From: Candidatus Gottesmanbacteria bacterium RIFCSPHIGHO2_02_FULL_39_11
GTDB taxonomy: Bacteria > Patescibacteriota > Microgenomatia > 2-02-FULL-39-11
Direction: 5' to 3'
Length of the DNA: 64,000 nt
Assembly (NCBI GenBank): GCA_001779195.1
Contig: MFJL01000019.1
Coordinates: 27,192-91,191, forward strand
Part shown: piece by piece, positions 27,456-37,222 of the stretch
How positions within the stretch are numbered: the stretch's first letter is position 1
How the letters are laid out: each line of letters opens with the position of its first letter
Made by a program: the position numbers and the translations under genes
The notes under the pieces: generated by a model
Told to the model about the DNA's origin: nothing
The model's input: only the letters and a program-made list of their open reading frames with translations
Databases searched by the model: none

Positions 27456-28865
27456 ATGAACTCACTCTCTCCTATTGCTCATGAACTATTAACTAGAGGA
27501 ATGAAATCATTTGTTTCCAAGTTTGGATATATTCCTACTCATGCATGGGTAGCCCCTGGAAGAGTAGAAGGGATCGGAAACCATGTAGATTATCAGGGAG
27601 GGAATATTTTTGCTTTTTCCATTGACCGGTATGTGGCTAGCTTTGTAGCTCTTAGAAGACCGGATGCTACTCGCGATATCGGTATGGCCCCTATTCGCAT
27701 GGTTGATTTAAATATTGATGTGACTTTAGATATTCATAATAAATCACCTGGAATTTATAATTACTACCGGCCAGATGGAACAACTGAGAAAGATCGTCTG
27801 GTAAAAGGAATCATTGCACAAATAATGAATCCCTATAAAGATAATCCAAATCAAGTGGGTACAATGCTTCCTGATACCGGGTACTATTCCATACTTGCAA
27901 AAAGAGATCCTCAAATTTATGAAAAAATACGAAGACTTGAAAACGGGTTGGATGTAGTTATAACAGGTAATGTTCCTTTTGAGGCAGGAGTAAGTTCTTC
28001 CGCTGCATTTTCAGTGTCTCTTCTTCAAACACTTTTGGATGCTCTTGATATATCCATGACTGAAAAGGAGAAAATTCATTTTATTAAAATGGCAGAACAC
28101 CGGTCAGGTGCTATTACCGGGCATCTAGATCAAACGGTCTCGCTTATTGGAGGTGCGGTGCTGGTTCAGACAGAAGAAGCAGGACCTCTTCGTATTAAAG
28201 TAGATCCCAGATTTTATGAGTATGAATACATGCTTTTTCCATCGGGTATCAGTCATAGCTTGGCAGGTCCAGATGCTATTTATCCAAAACGGGTTAAAGA
28301 ATGCGATGTCGCATTAAAAACAATTAATACGTTTCTGAAGGAAGAAAAACAAAAGGAGATCCATACTCTTGCGGAACTTGGGAAATTAAAGAACTTTAAA
28401 ACCGTACTTCCTGATATTTATCATATTCTTCCTGATTCTTTAAAAAAACGTGTTAGGCATATTGTGGAAGAAACTTTAAGAGTGGATAAAGCACTTGAAT
28501 GTGTTCAAAATGGAGATGTATTTAGGTACTCTCAACTGCTGAATGAATCCGGAGAAAGTTCAGCACTGCTTTATGAAATTAGCCATAAGGAAGTGGAAGA
28601 TTTAAAACATATAATCTGGAAGTTTTTTAAAGAAAAAAATAAAGATAGAAATGCAAATGACCAGCTTACCTATGCTGCGCGCATGATGGGGGGAGGAGAT
28701 GGGGGTCCAGTCCTTGTTTTTTTACCAAAAGACAAAAAATTAATAGAAGAACTTTTAGAGTATACACAAAAAGAATACTATCAGCCTCGAGGAAGGTCTC
28801 ACCTGATTCCTTTTAATGTAAATATAAGCAGCGGTCCAATCAATCTTCAACCCTATCTAAAATGA
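27456..28865 (+). CDS. galK: Galactokinase-like GHMP sugar kinase (divergent)
   Basis: APGRVEGIGNHVDYQGG, PFEAGVSSSAA, LDQ, RVRHIVEE, ARMMGGGDGG; follows galE-galT. Confidence 0.8.
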   Translation: MNSLSPIAHELLTRGMKSFVSKFGYIPTHAWVAPGRVEGIGNHVDYQGGNIFAFSIDRYVASFVALRRPDATRDIGMAPIRMVDLNIDVTLDIHNKSPGIYNYYRPDGTTEKDRLVKGIIAQIMNPYKDNPNQVGTMLPDTGYYSILAKRDPQIYEKIRRLENGLDVVITGNVPFEAGVSSSAAFSVSLLQTLLDALDISMTEKEKIHFIKMAEHRSGAITGHLDQTVSLIGGAVLVQTEEAGPLRIKVDPRFYEYEYMLFPSGISHSLAGPDAIYPKRVKECDVALKTINTFLKEEKQKEIHTLAELGKLKNFKTVLPDIYHILPDSLKKRVRHIVEETLRVDKALECVQNGDVFRYSQLLNESGESSALLYEISHKEVEDLKHIIWKFFKEKNKDRNANDQLTYAARMMGGGDGGPVLVFLPKDKKLIEELLEYTQKEYYQPRGRSHLIPFNVNISSGPINLQPYLK

Positions 28866-29056
28866 ACAAAATAAATAGTTATCCTCTTATAAGCTCAGAA
28901 GGGTTAAAAAAAGCTGCCGAGGATTTTAAGAAAGACCTGATCATGGGTCTTTCCAACCAAACCTCTTCCCTTCCCATGATTTTAAACCCTATTCATAGAA
29001 TTCCTGCTCATCCAGGAAGCGGGGTTGCTGTTTCAATCGGATCTTTCAGTTTTTAA
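28862..29056 (+). pseudogene. 5-prime fragment (~60 codons) of the hexokinase gene, truncated by the AbiE cassette
   Basis: EDFKKDLIMGLSNQTSSLPMILNPI...PAHPG.GVAVSIG shared with 30488..31708; ATGA-coupled to galK. Confidence 0.88.
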
Positions 29057-29816
29057 CGAGGCTAGCTCTCAAATAGGAAGTGATATAGGAGAATAGCCTG
29101 GGAAGATCGTGCCTTTCTTTTATCGGGACAAAGGGTTGTAAATCACGTACGAAATCTTTCTCTGTAAATTTTCCGAGAGATTTTTCAAGAGGATCTTTTC
29201 CATCCAGTTCTAAACCATAGTATTTCAATTTTTTCTGAATCATCCGCATAGTAGGGTTTATTCCTAGAGTCGACAAATACCAAAGATCATAAAGATCGCG
29301 GCCTTTTTTTCGAGAAGTAAGCGCTCGAATCTTCTCTGCAAACAGTTCCTCTTTTGACAGATGATGAATATAGGAAGTAAATAAAACGGGATAGTCTGTC
29401 TCTATGATAGATTTTTCTTTAATAAGAACTTTTTCGCGAAATGAGAAATCGAGATTGATGAAAATATCATATGGCATGACTCCAGGCTTTAGAGTAAGAA
29501 GGAATCGTTTCCCCGTGATTGTTTTTCTTTCTTTAAACCCTATCGTTTCCTGCTGGGATAACTTTTTAACCGTATCTCTTATAAGAACTAAAAAATCTTT
29601 CTCATCCATATTGACAGTAAAATCCAGATCTTCTGAAAACCGCGGAGCTTTGTAGATCAGGTGAATTGCGGTTCCTCCCTTAAAAAAGATCGATGAACTT
29701 TTCTTTTGCTGATACAGCATACTTAAAAATAAAATTTGAAGATATTCCCGAAGAATGACTGATTGAGTGATATTGAGTTTTTTTGAAAGTAAAGTTAGTT
29801 GGCTAGTCGTAATCAT
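29046..29816 (-). CDS. abiEii: Type IV TA toxin, AbiEii-family nucleotidyltransferase
   Basis: FKGGTAI, RFSEDLDF, AEKIRAL, KGRDLYDL. Confidence 0.92.
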   Translation of the reverse strand: MITTSQLTLLSKKLNITQSVILREYLQILFLSMLYQQKKSSSIFFKGGTAIHLIYKAPRFSEDLDFTVNMDEKDFLVLIRDTVKKLSQQETIGFKERKTITGKRFLLTLKPGVMPYDIFINLDFSFREKVLIKEKSIIETDYPVLFTSYIHHLSKEELFAEKIRALTSRKKGRDLYDLWYLSTLGINPTMRMIQKKLKYYGLELDGKDPLEKSLGKFTEKDFVRDLQPFVPIKERHDLPRLFSYITSYLRASLVKN

Positions 29817-30412
29817 ATGTGTTTTTTTACCGTCTCAATCATAGTTTCAAACGATCGTGTGCGGGGAAACTGCTTAGAATAGTGTATGAATTTCGATATC
29901 TTGATACTAGAAAAGTCACATTCCTCAAGGTGGATTGTTTTAATCCCTTTTGAAACAAGGTAAAGTTGATCAAGAAGCGCTTTTTCTGCCTCAGCTATGA
30001 GATAATTCTCTTTTTTTTCATATCCCCAAAAAAGGGATTTATTCAGATGTGTATAGGTAAATAGCTTTTCAAACATCTTTTTTTTGACTGATTTTCCCGA
30101 TGTTGCACTTGTGATCTCATAGGGAAACTGTGGAAGAATGCCTAGACTATTGAGAGCACTCTCAAAAGAAATATACGAGGGTGTATAACTTGATGAAGCT
30201 ATCTCAAAATCAGTGACAGGTCGACCTAGGAACACATAATGATCGCGTTCAATTTTTTTGATGATCTTGCTTTTCTCAAGCCGTTTTATGATGCTATACA
30301 CTGTAGGCTCTTTAGTAACTCCAAGAATATCCTTGAGCGTTTTTAACCGCAGTATTGAGAGCTCTGAGTCGTATAGCCTTTTAGTAAGTGATGCAATCGA
30401 ATACGATTCCAT
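29813..30412 (-). CDS. abiEi: Type IV TA antitoxin, AbiEi family
   Basis: wHTH N-terminus, PSYISFESAL, IAEAEKALLD; ATGA overlap with the toxin. Confidence 0.88.
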   Translation of the reverse strand: MESYSIASLTKRLYDSELSILRLKTLKDILGVTKEPTVYSIIKRLEKSKIIKKIERDHYVFLGRPVTDFEIASSSYTPSYISFESALNSLGILPQFPYEITSATSGKSVKKKMFEKLFTYTHLNKSLFWGYEKKENYLIAEAEKALLDQLYLVSKGIKTIHLEECDFSSIKISKFIHYSKQFPRTRSFETMIETVKKHI

Positions 30413-30487
30413 ATACTATTGATATTAGATAGTTTAAAGAATCGTGTCAAGGTCTTATATGCGAAGAAGAAAAAAGTATGATAAAGT

Positions 30488-31708
30488 ATGCACATGGAAA
30501 ATGATATGAATACGTATCCTTTACTCAGTGACCAGCAGGTTGAGAAGGCTTCTGAGGATTTTAAAAAAGACCTGATCATGGGTCTTTCTAACCAAACCTC
30601 CTCCCTTCCCATGATTTTAAATCCTATTAGCAAAATCCCTGCACATCCCGGAAATGGAGTCGCAGTATCAATCGGAGGGACAAACGGGTATGTATCCCTT
30701 TTTCATATTTCCCAAAGCGGAGTAATCAAATTTCTCAACCGGGAATTTTTTACTCTTCCTACTCAAACCACCAAAGAAAATTTATTTGAATTAATCACAA
30801 AAAAAGTTCCTGCCGTTTCCAAAGGAAAGAAAGAAGTACTTCCTATCGGAATAGGCTTTGCGTATCCCCTAAAGCCTATCCTGCATGCCGGATTTATTGA
30901 CGGAATTTTAGTTGAAATGTCAAAAGGTCGTACTATAAAAGGTCTGGTTGGGCAAAAAGTCGGACAGGAATACCATAGATATCTTATTGAAAAACACAAT
31001 TTAGATACAACCGTGACGGTTGCCAATGATGCAATTTGTCTCTTATTAGGAGGAGATGGGGTGGAGATTGCCGGGGTTGTCGGAACCGGGCTTAATTTTG
31101 CGTATTGGGAAAAAAGATCTCATATTGCACCCCTCAAGCTTTCTGAGCTTCCCGGGTTTTCCCAACATGAAGTTGCCATAAATATTGAGTCTGCAAATTT
31201 TGACAAAATTCCTCCTACTTCACTATTGAAAATAGTAGATAAGCAAAGCAATAATCCGGGGGATGCACTTTCTGAGAAAGAGTGCGCCGGAGCCTATTTA
31301 TTTGAGCTGTTTAATGCAGGGAAAGATGAAATAGTCGGAGAATCATGTCCAAAGATGAATTCAACGGACGAACTGAACGAAATTGTTATTGGGGCGTCAG
31401 AAAAGATAAGAAGCCTGAGTTTGGAAGAAAAAAAACGGGCAAAAGAATTTGCGGAAAACCTTTTTAAACGATCTGCTCAGATAACTGCTATTCAGATATC
31501 AGGAATTTTGGAAAAAATCGGAAAGACAAAAGGGATCGTGCCCATTGTTATGGAGGGAGGAATTTTTTGGAAGGCAAAAAACTATTCAACTCTTGTCAAT
31601 GCCTATATTCATGATGTTCTCCCGGAAGTTATCCCCTCATTTGCCCGTCTGTTTGGTTCATCCCGGAGAGGAATTGCGGTACTTGCCAGAAGTCCTGCGG
31701 CTAGTTAA
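30488..31708 (+). CDS. Hexokinase of the eukaryotic-type hexokinase family
   Basis: SLPMI, SIGGTN, IGIGFAYP, VANDA, VGTGLNFAY, INIES, EKECAGAYL, EGGIF. Confidence 0.8.
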   Translation: MHMENDMNTYPLLSDQQVEKASEDFKKDLIMGLSNQTSSLPMILNPISKIPAHPGNGVAVSIGGTNGYVSLFHISQSGVIKFLNREFFTLPTQTTKENLFELITKKVPAVSKGKKEVLPIGIGFAYPLKPILHAGFIDGILVEMSKGRTIKGLVGQKVGQEYHRYLIEKHNLDTTVTVANDAICLLLGGDGVEIAGVVGTGLNFAYWEKRSHIAPLKLSELPGFSQHEVAINIESANFDKIPPTSLLKIVDKQSNNPGDALSEKECAGAYLFELFNAGKDEIVGESCPKMNSTDELNEIVIGASEKIRSLSLEEKKRAKEFAENLFKRSAQITAIQISGILEKIGKTKGIVPIVMEGGIFWKAKNYSTLVNAYIHDVLPEVIPSFARLFGSSRRGIAVLARSPAAS

Positions 31709-32634
31709 GCCCTGACAATTTTTCCACCAAGTTCATAAACCTTTCTTACCCCTCTTTTTTTTGCCAGATAATATGTCAGGAAATTAAAAGGAATGATAGA
31801 AAGAAGAGGAGAAAAATTTTCTTCGGGAGATTCTACAGATAATGAAATAGAGAGACAGTTTTTAACATTTTTTATTTTATTTTTAATGGTTGTCAACCTT
31901 TGACCAACTTCTCCCTTTGCATCAATAAAAATAACAATAGAATCCTTTGCTGTTTCTTTGGGACCGTGGTCATACTCAGCCAAGCTCATTCCTATAATTC
32001 CCAGTTTTGCCGCTTCTCCCATAGTAAGGGCCGCCTGTTTTGCCGTTGCCAGGTTCGGCCCGCTTCCTACAATATAAAAACTTGTATGATGAACTTTGTT
32101 CATAAAAGAAAAAATTTCATCGGCACTCTCTTCTCCCCATTTTTCATAAGAAGGCAAATCTCTGGGTAGAATTTTGAGAGTTTCGGAAACTGAAAATCCG
32201 AGTCCCCGGTAAAGGGTAATGAGGGTATTAATATATGTTTTACTTGAAATGGCGGTCTCTTTCCCTGACTCAAGTAAAATTTTTTCTGACACATTTTTTC
32301 CGGTTGCAAGAGGAGAGGAAGGATCATTGGTTATGGCAACATATGTTTTAAATCGTTCCCGGCACCAAAGAGTCTCACTGCTGTGTCCGGATTGTGATAT
32401 AAGTACTCCCTTATTTGTTTTAGATACGGGTGAGGAGCGGTAGTAATAATATTCTGAAGATAAATCAGGATAGATAGGGGCATTTGCGTAATAGAGAGCT
32501 AAGATTGGGTTGTAGGAAGCCCCCATTCCAAGATATGGAACATGAACAGGAAGCCGGATGTCGCGTTGGGTGTGTAAGCACCTATCTGCAGCTTCCGGAA
32601 TTTCGCGGATTTCTTTTAATAAAAGATCTAGCAT
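31705..32634 (-). CDS. Double SIS-domain sugar-phosphate isomerase/deaminase (AgaS/FrlB/GlmS-isomerase-like)
   Basis: GMGASY, ISQSGHSSET, ITN, SSKTY, GSGPN, EYDHGPKE. Confidence 0.85.
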   Translation of the reverse strand: MLDLLLKEIREIPEAADRCLHTQRDIRLPVHVPYLGMGASYNPILALYYANAPIYPDLSSEYYYYRSSPVSKTNKGVLISQSGHSSETLWCRERFKTYVAITNDPSSPLATGKNVSEKILLESGKETAISSKTYINTLITLYRGLGFSVSETLKILPRDLPSYEKWGEESADEIFSFMNKVHHTSFYIVGSGPNLATAKQAALTMGEAAKLGIIGMSLAEYDHGPKETAKDSIVIFIDAKGEVGQRLTTIKNKIKNVKNCLSISLSVESPEENFSPLLSIIPFNFLTYYLAKKRGVRKVYELGGKIVRA

Positions 32635-32645
32635 ACTGGATATTT

Positions 32646-33578
32646 TTATTCTACTGCAATAACGGTTGCCGGAGTTAGCTCGTCAAAAACTTCTCTGGCT
32701 TTTATTTTACCCGTCCCGACTGTCTGCATTCCTCCCAAATACAAAGCTCTCGCATTTCCGATTTTTCCATACTCGCTTCCTGCCTGGCTTACAAAACAGT
32801 CAAGCGCTTTTTGCCGAAGGGAAGGAATATCCCCCTCCGGATCATACTCAAAATAAAGGTTGGGGTTAGGAACTCCTTTGCCCCAGGTAGCATACCGTCT
32901 CCAGGAAAGAAAACGGTCTGCTTTACCGGGAACTCTGCCCTGCCAGAAGTCATTTTCCGTTCCCCACGCAATCATTCTCTCAACTGCTTTTGCAACCGCA
33001 TGATGGTCCGGATGCCGATCCGCTTCTAAGTCCGGATGAGGCGAATACATAATGTGCGGATTAATCGTGCGGACAATGGACTCCCAAACGGATGAAAGAG
33101 TAGGATCATCTCCCCTCCAGCGGGATTCTGAGAAGCCTGAAGTACCATCCGGAAGGGTTATGATTCCGATTTTATTTACACCCGTAATTTGAGAAGAGAG
33201 GATATCTTCTGCCAGACGAACCGTTAAAAAGCTTTCATTATCGGCAAATCCCCGGCTTTCCCGTCCGGTTGAGGCATTGGTAAATAACAGCTCCAAAACA
33301 GTATCTCCCTGTTTTATATGATGGTGTGTTGCGGCAGTTGCAACCAAAGGCAGGTCGTCAGAATGAGGTGAGCAAAATAGAACGGTTTTTGATGAGCGAT
33401 TGGAATTGGGAGAAGGATTGGTAAGATACCAGACTATTTTATAGTTGCGTGCAAATTTGTTTTTTAACGACTGAATTTCCGTGGGCGTTTGTCTAACGAT
33501 TTGTGCACAATACTCAATCCATCTTTGGGAATCTTGTGGAAGTCTAATTTGATTGGGCGAAAGAGATACTTTTTTCAT
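32646..33578 (-). CDS. PIG-L/LmbE family N-deacetylase
   Basis: SPHSDD, RLAE, HPDH, FVSQ. Confidence 0.85.
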   Translation of the reverse strand: MKKVSLSPNQIRLPQDSQRWIEYCAQIVRQTPTEIQSLKNKFARNYKIVWYLTNPSPNSNRSSKTVLFCSPHSDDLPLVATAATHHHIKQGDTVLELLFTNASTGRESRGFADNESFLTVRLAEDILSSQITGVNKIGIITLPDGTSGFSESRWRGDDPTLSSVWESIVRTINPHIMYSPHPDLEADRHPDHHAVAKAVERMIAWGTENDFWQGRVPGKADRFLSWRRYATWGKGVPNPNLYFEYDPEGDIPSLRQKALDCFVSQAGSEYGKIGNARALYLGGMQTVGTGKIKAREVFDELTPATVIAVE

Positions 33579-33657
33579 ATTAGCAATATTTGACTGGAAT
33601 AAAACTTATGCTATTATACCACTGTTATCATACATTATCATACTCTGTTATTGGTAT

Positions 33658-34902
33658 ATGAACGTCACAACAGAAATTAAGCAAGATGGGCGATCTGCAA
33701 GTTTTACACAGTTTCAGCCAAATTCAGGGGCTGTTTCCGGTAATCGATTTATAGACTTCTATAACGCAGGAGGCAGACTGAAACTTTCATCTGAAGAAAA
33801 GAATAGGGCTCATCATTATTCCTGTTCAGGACAGGTAGGAGCCATAATTCCCGTTCGAAACGAACTTGGAAACGGATCTGCTTATCCGGATACACTGGAA
33901 TATTTCAAAGATGCATTGGGAGATCCCAGAAAAATACTTGTTGTAGACGCTGACTCAACAGACGGATCTTTTGAAGAAGCCGCTAACAAAGGAATACCGG
34001 TTGTAAAACAAGGAGATATAGAACGAGCATTAAAGGGTGAAAAAATAGAAAAAGATTTTGATGTTCGTTTTCCATTAAATCCCGGGAAAGGAAAAACACT
34101 CCAGCTTGGCGGCCTCTTTTACTATTATCTCCGTCAAAGATTTAATAATGGGAATTATCATGTGCCGGAACCCGTTGAGATACAGGAATCAGATAGTGAC
34201 ATTGCAACCATCTGGAAATTTGATCCCGCTACCTGGTTTTCATGGGTATCAATTCAGTCTAAAAAACCATATACAGCAGTGCTTGCTGCGCAGACAAATC
34301 GAAATAATCAGGAAGTTATGCATGCAATCACCAGTCGTATGGGACAAAATCCCGGTTTTGATCGGGATGCAGTTGTTTTTCAGGAAATGAAATGGCCGTT
34401 ATCAGGACAACGGAGAGTCACACCAAGTCTTTTATATGAGCTTCCTGGTGTTACAGGATACCCTGTTGAAACAATGCAGGATCTTGCATCCATTGCCCAT
34501 GCTCGAAAAGCAGGAGGTAGAATTGCACAAGTGGAGATTATAAATCGCTGCGGAGATGGTCAGAATTCGCCCTATAAAGAAGAGACTATGATGGGTTCGA
34601 TAAGTGCATTAGTGGATGCTGTAGTGGGTGATGTTTATTCGAAGGGATATGATTTAACAAATATGCCTCTTGAGGTGTATCGATTATTGAATCAAGAGCT
34701 TCGCAGGCGGGAATGTAATGATCAGGGAGAGCCATTTTCAGTTTCTGTAATCTCAGATAAACCCGGTCCAAATATCCTGATACCTGCACGTTTAGACCAG
34801 GTTCTTTCATCTCCAAGCTGTCTAGTAAGAGAAGGCTATGTGGACGAGAATATTCTTTTTAATATAGCTCAAGATCTTTATGGTAAAGTATGGTCAATAT
34901 GA
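33658..34902 (+). CDS. Glucosyl/mannosyl-3-phosphoglycerate synthase-like glycosyltransferase (GT-A)
   Basis: IIPVRNE, VVDADSTD, PGKGKTL, DSD, PLSGQ, GYPVE. Confidence 0.65.
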   Translation: MNVTTEIKQDGRSASFTQFQPNSGAVSGNRFIDFYNAGGRLKLSSEEKNRAHHYSCSGQVGAIIPVRNELGNGSAYPDTLEYFKDALGDPRKILVVDADSTDGSFEEAANKGIPVVKQGDIERALKGEKIEKDFDVRFPLNPGKGKTLQLGGLFYYYLRQRFNNGNYHVPEPVEIQESDSDIATIWKFDPATWFSWVSIQSKKPYTAVLAAQTNRNNQEVMHAITSRMGQNPGFDRDAVVFQEMKWPLSGQRRVTPSLLYELPGVTGYPVETMQDLASIAHARKAGGRIAQVEIINRCGDGQNSPYKEETMMGSISALVDAVVGDVYSKGYDLTNMPLEVYRLLNQELRRRECNDQGEPFSVSVISDKPGPNILIPARLDQVLSSPSCLVREGYVDENILFNIAQDLYGKVWSI

Positions 34903-36074
34903 TAATTCCTAAAGAAGATCAATTACTTATCGACCGAATAAAATCAGCAATTGGCTCTAAAAAATATTTTGTCAAAAGAAGAGCAAGCGGGCTTTTAAAA
35001 CATGATTACCTGGTTCCCGGAGGATTTTATAACGAGCAATGGGACTGGGATGGATTTTATATGGGAGTTGCTTTGGCAAGTGAAATTCCTACAGAAGCAG
35101 TATTTCTCAAAAACTGGGCATTAAATTATATGGAATTATCAGATGAAAGGGGATATTCTCCCGGTTGTGTCACTCCGAATGGACCTGAAAAGGGAACCCG
35201 GGCATTTCCTATGAAACCGTTTATCGCTCAGGGAGTGTATCTTTCAAGTAATTTTTTAAATGATTTTATCTGGATTAAGCATTACTACAAAAAACTTCGA
35301 AAAATGGTTTTGTACCGGGAGAAAAATCTCTGGAGCAAAAAATTGGATCTGGGAGTTTGGGGAAACTGGATGGAATCAGGCGCTGACAATAACCTCTCTA
35401 TATTGGGTTTCCCTAAGTCAAGCGTTGTGGCTACTGACGTAAATACATTTATTTATCGCGAATATAAAGCAATGAGTAAGATCGCTTCTGCACTTAATAA
35501 AAAGAAAGATGTTTCTTTTTTTGCAAAGCGGGCTGAAACCATCAAAAAAAATATGCAGAAGTACCTCTGGGATGATACAGATAAGACTTTTTACAATTAT
35601 AATTTGAAAACAAATGAATTTATTCGTAAACATACCTACTCAAATATGATTCCACTTTGGGAGAAGATTGCATCTCTTAAAGACGGAAAAGAAATGATTG
35701 AGAAGTATGTTGTAAATCCCAACAAGCTCTGGTCGAATCATGGGATTCGAACGCTTACTAAAGATGATCCGTTATACAACAACAAAAAGATGATCACTCC
35801 CTACTCCAACTGGCAGGGACCGGTGTGGCCACATACGAACTACATGCATATGCACTCGCTTCTAAACTACGGATTTGAAAAAGAAGCATTTCTTCTTTCG
35901 CGTAAAATAACCCAACTATGTCTGAGCGATTTTGAAAAATCAGGAGGCATGCATGAGTGCTATAGTGCAGAAACGGGCGCTCCTCTTGCGGCTGACAATT
36001 TCGTAAGCTGGAACTTGCTTGTCGGAAATATGCTGCCTGAAGCTTATTCAGGAAATAATCCCTTTTCAATTTAA
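34890..36074 (+). CDS. GH63/MGH1-like (alpha/alpha)6 glycoside hydrolase
   Basis: QWDWD, ESGADN, NWQGPVW, MHECY..ETG. Confidence 0.85.
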   Translation: MVNMIIPKEDQLLIDRIKSAIGSKKYFVKRRASGLLKHDYLVPGGFYNEQWDWDGFYMGVALASEIPTEAVFLKNWALNYMELSDERGYSPGCVTPNGPEKGTRAFPMKPFIAQGVYLSSNFLNDFIWIKHYYKKLRKMVLYREKNLWSKKLDLGVWGNWMESGADNNLSILGFPKSSVVATDVNTFIYREYKAMSKIASALNKKKDVSFFAKRAETIKKNMQKYLWDDTDKTFYNYNLKTNEFIRKHTYSNMIPLWEKIASLKDGKEMIEKYVVNPNKLWSNHGIRTLTKDDPLYNNKKMITPYSNWQGPVWPHTNYMHMHSLLNYGFEKEAFLLSRKITQLCLSDFEKSGGMHECYSAETGAPLAADNFVSWNLLVGNMLPEAYSGNNPFSI

Positions 36075-36100
36075 TAACACGACTACTTATGTAGTAAGCC

Positions 36101-36215
36101 GTCATCCCGCACTTGTTTACCCTGTAAGGGATGCGGGATCCAGAAGTCAAAACACTGGATTCCGGGTCTCGAAACAATCCTTACGGATTTTCCGAGTAAA
36201 CAAGCCCGGAATGAC
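36101..36215. repeat. GTCAT...ATGAC palindromic dimer with nested inserts
   Basis: GTCATCCCGCA...TGCGGGATCCAG / CTGGATTCCGGG...CCCGGAATGAC. Confidence 0.75.
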
Positions 36216-36277
36216 AATGTAACTCTTTCATCTTTGACCTCTTGCTTAGGGGAAGTTATACTGCTAAATATTATAGT

Positions 36278-37222
36278 ATGATCGATAACCAGCTTCCTAA
36301 GATTTCCGGTTTTGGCCTTACGGTTGTTGATATTCTCATGCAGATTGAGAACGGAATTCATTTATATCAAAAAAACCCTGTTGGAATGCAGATGGTTCAA
36401 TTAGGAGGGGTTGTTCCGACAGCTCTTGTAACCGCATCCCGCCTGGGACTTGACTCCCGGCTGTATACTGCTTTTGGGAGCGATAAATTTTCAGAAATAC
36501 TTTATGATATTTTTGAAAAAGAAAAAGTTAAAACAGAAGAGATTGGAAATCCAGATCTTTACCAAACCCCCCTTTCCGTTGTTGCAATTGATAAACGTAC
36601 CGGAGAAAGAACGGGGTTTAACTCTCAGGGAGATTTTCCGAAACTTGCCCCTTCCAGTATTACGGTTCCACTGGACTCCGATACATCTATTTTGTTAATT
36701 GACGGACATAATCCGTCCTGCTCTTTGCAATTTCTCAAAGAAGCTCATAAATTAGGAGCAAGAGTTCTTTTGGATCTGGGGAATCCTAAAGAGGGAATGG
36801 AAGAGATTATAAAGGAAGCGGATTTTCTAATTGTTCCCCAGGCCTATTGGAAAACGGTGTGGCCCAATATTCCGGTTAAAAAGGTTATGACCGAGCTTTT
36901 AAAAATCGGACCTAAAACAGTTATAATTACCATGGGCCCGCAGGGGTGTCTTATCGGGAATAGTCAGGAGGTTTTTCACCAGCCTGCTTTTGATATCAAT
37001 GTCATTGACACCAATGGTGCCGGAGATATTTTTTTCGGAGCATTTGTATACGGTCTGGCATCCAAATGGGATTTTAAAAAAATCACTACTTTTGCAGCAG
37101 GAGCAGCAGGATATAGCTGTCAGCGGTATGGAAAGCAGGAGAAAATTCCAAAATCAGTAGGGGACATTGAAAATTTTATAAGTACCAATAAACTCCGGAC
37201 ATTTAATTTTAACCTGCTGTGA
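36278..37222 (+). CDS. PfkB-family carbohydrate kinase
   Basis: GGVVPTA..ASRLG, ITMGPQG, IDTNGAGDIFFGAF. Confidence 0.9.
   Translation: MIDNQLPKISGFGLTVVDILMQIENGIHLYQKNPVGMQMVQLGGVVPTALVTASRLGLDSRLYTAFGSDKFSEILYDIFEKEKVKTEEIGNPDLYQTPLSVVAIDKRTGERTGFNSQGDFPKLAPSSITVPLDSDTSILLIDGHNPSCSLQFLKEAHKLGARVLLDLGNPKEGMEEIIKEADFLIVPQAYWKTVWPNIPVKKVMTELLKIGPKTVIITMGPQGCLIGNSQEVFHQPAFDINVIDTNGAGDIFFGAFVYGLASKWDFKKITTFAAGAAGYSCQRYGKQEKIPKSVGDIENFISTNKLRTFNFNLL

Larger units (their letters stand above)
28919..30676. repeat. 123-bp imperfect direct repeat (28919-29041 and 30554-30676) bracketing the AbiE cassette
   Basis: First 74 nt differ at only 4 synonymous positions; the rest is more diverged. Confidence 0.88.
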
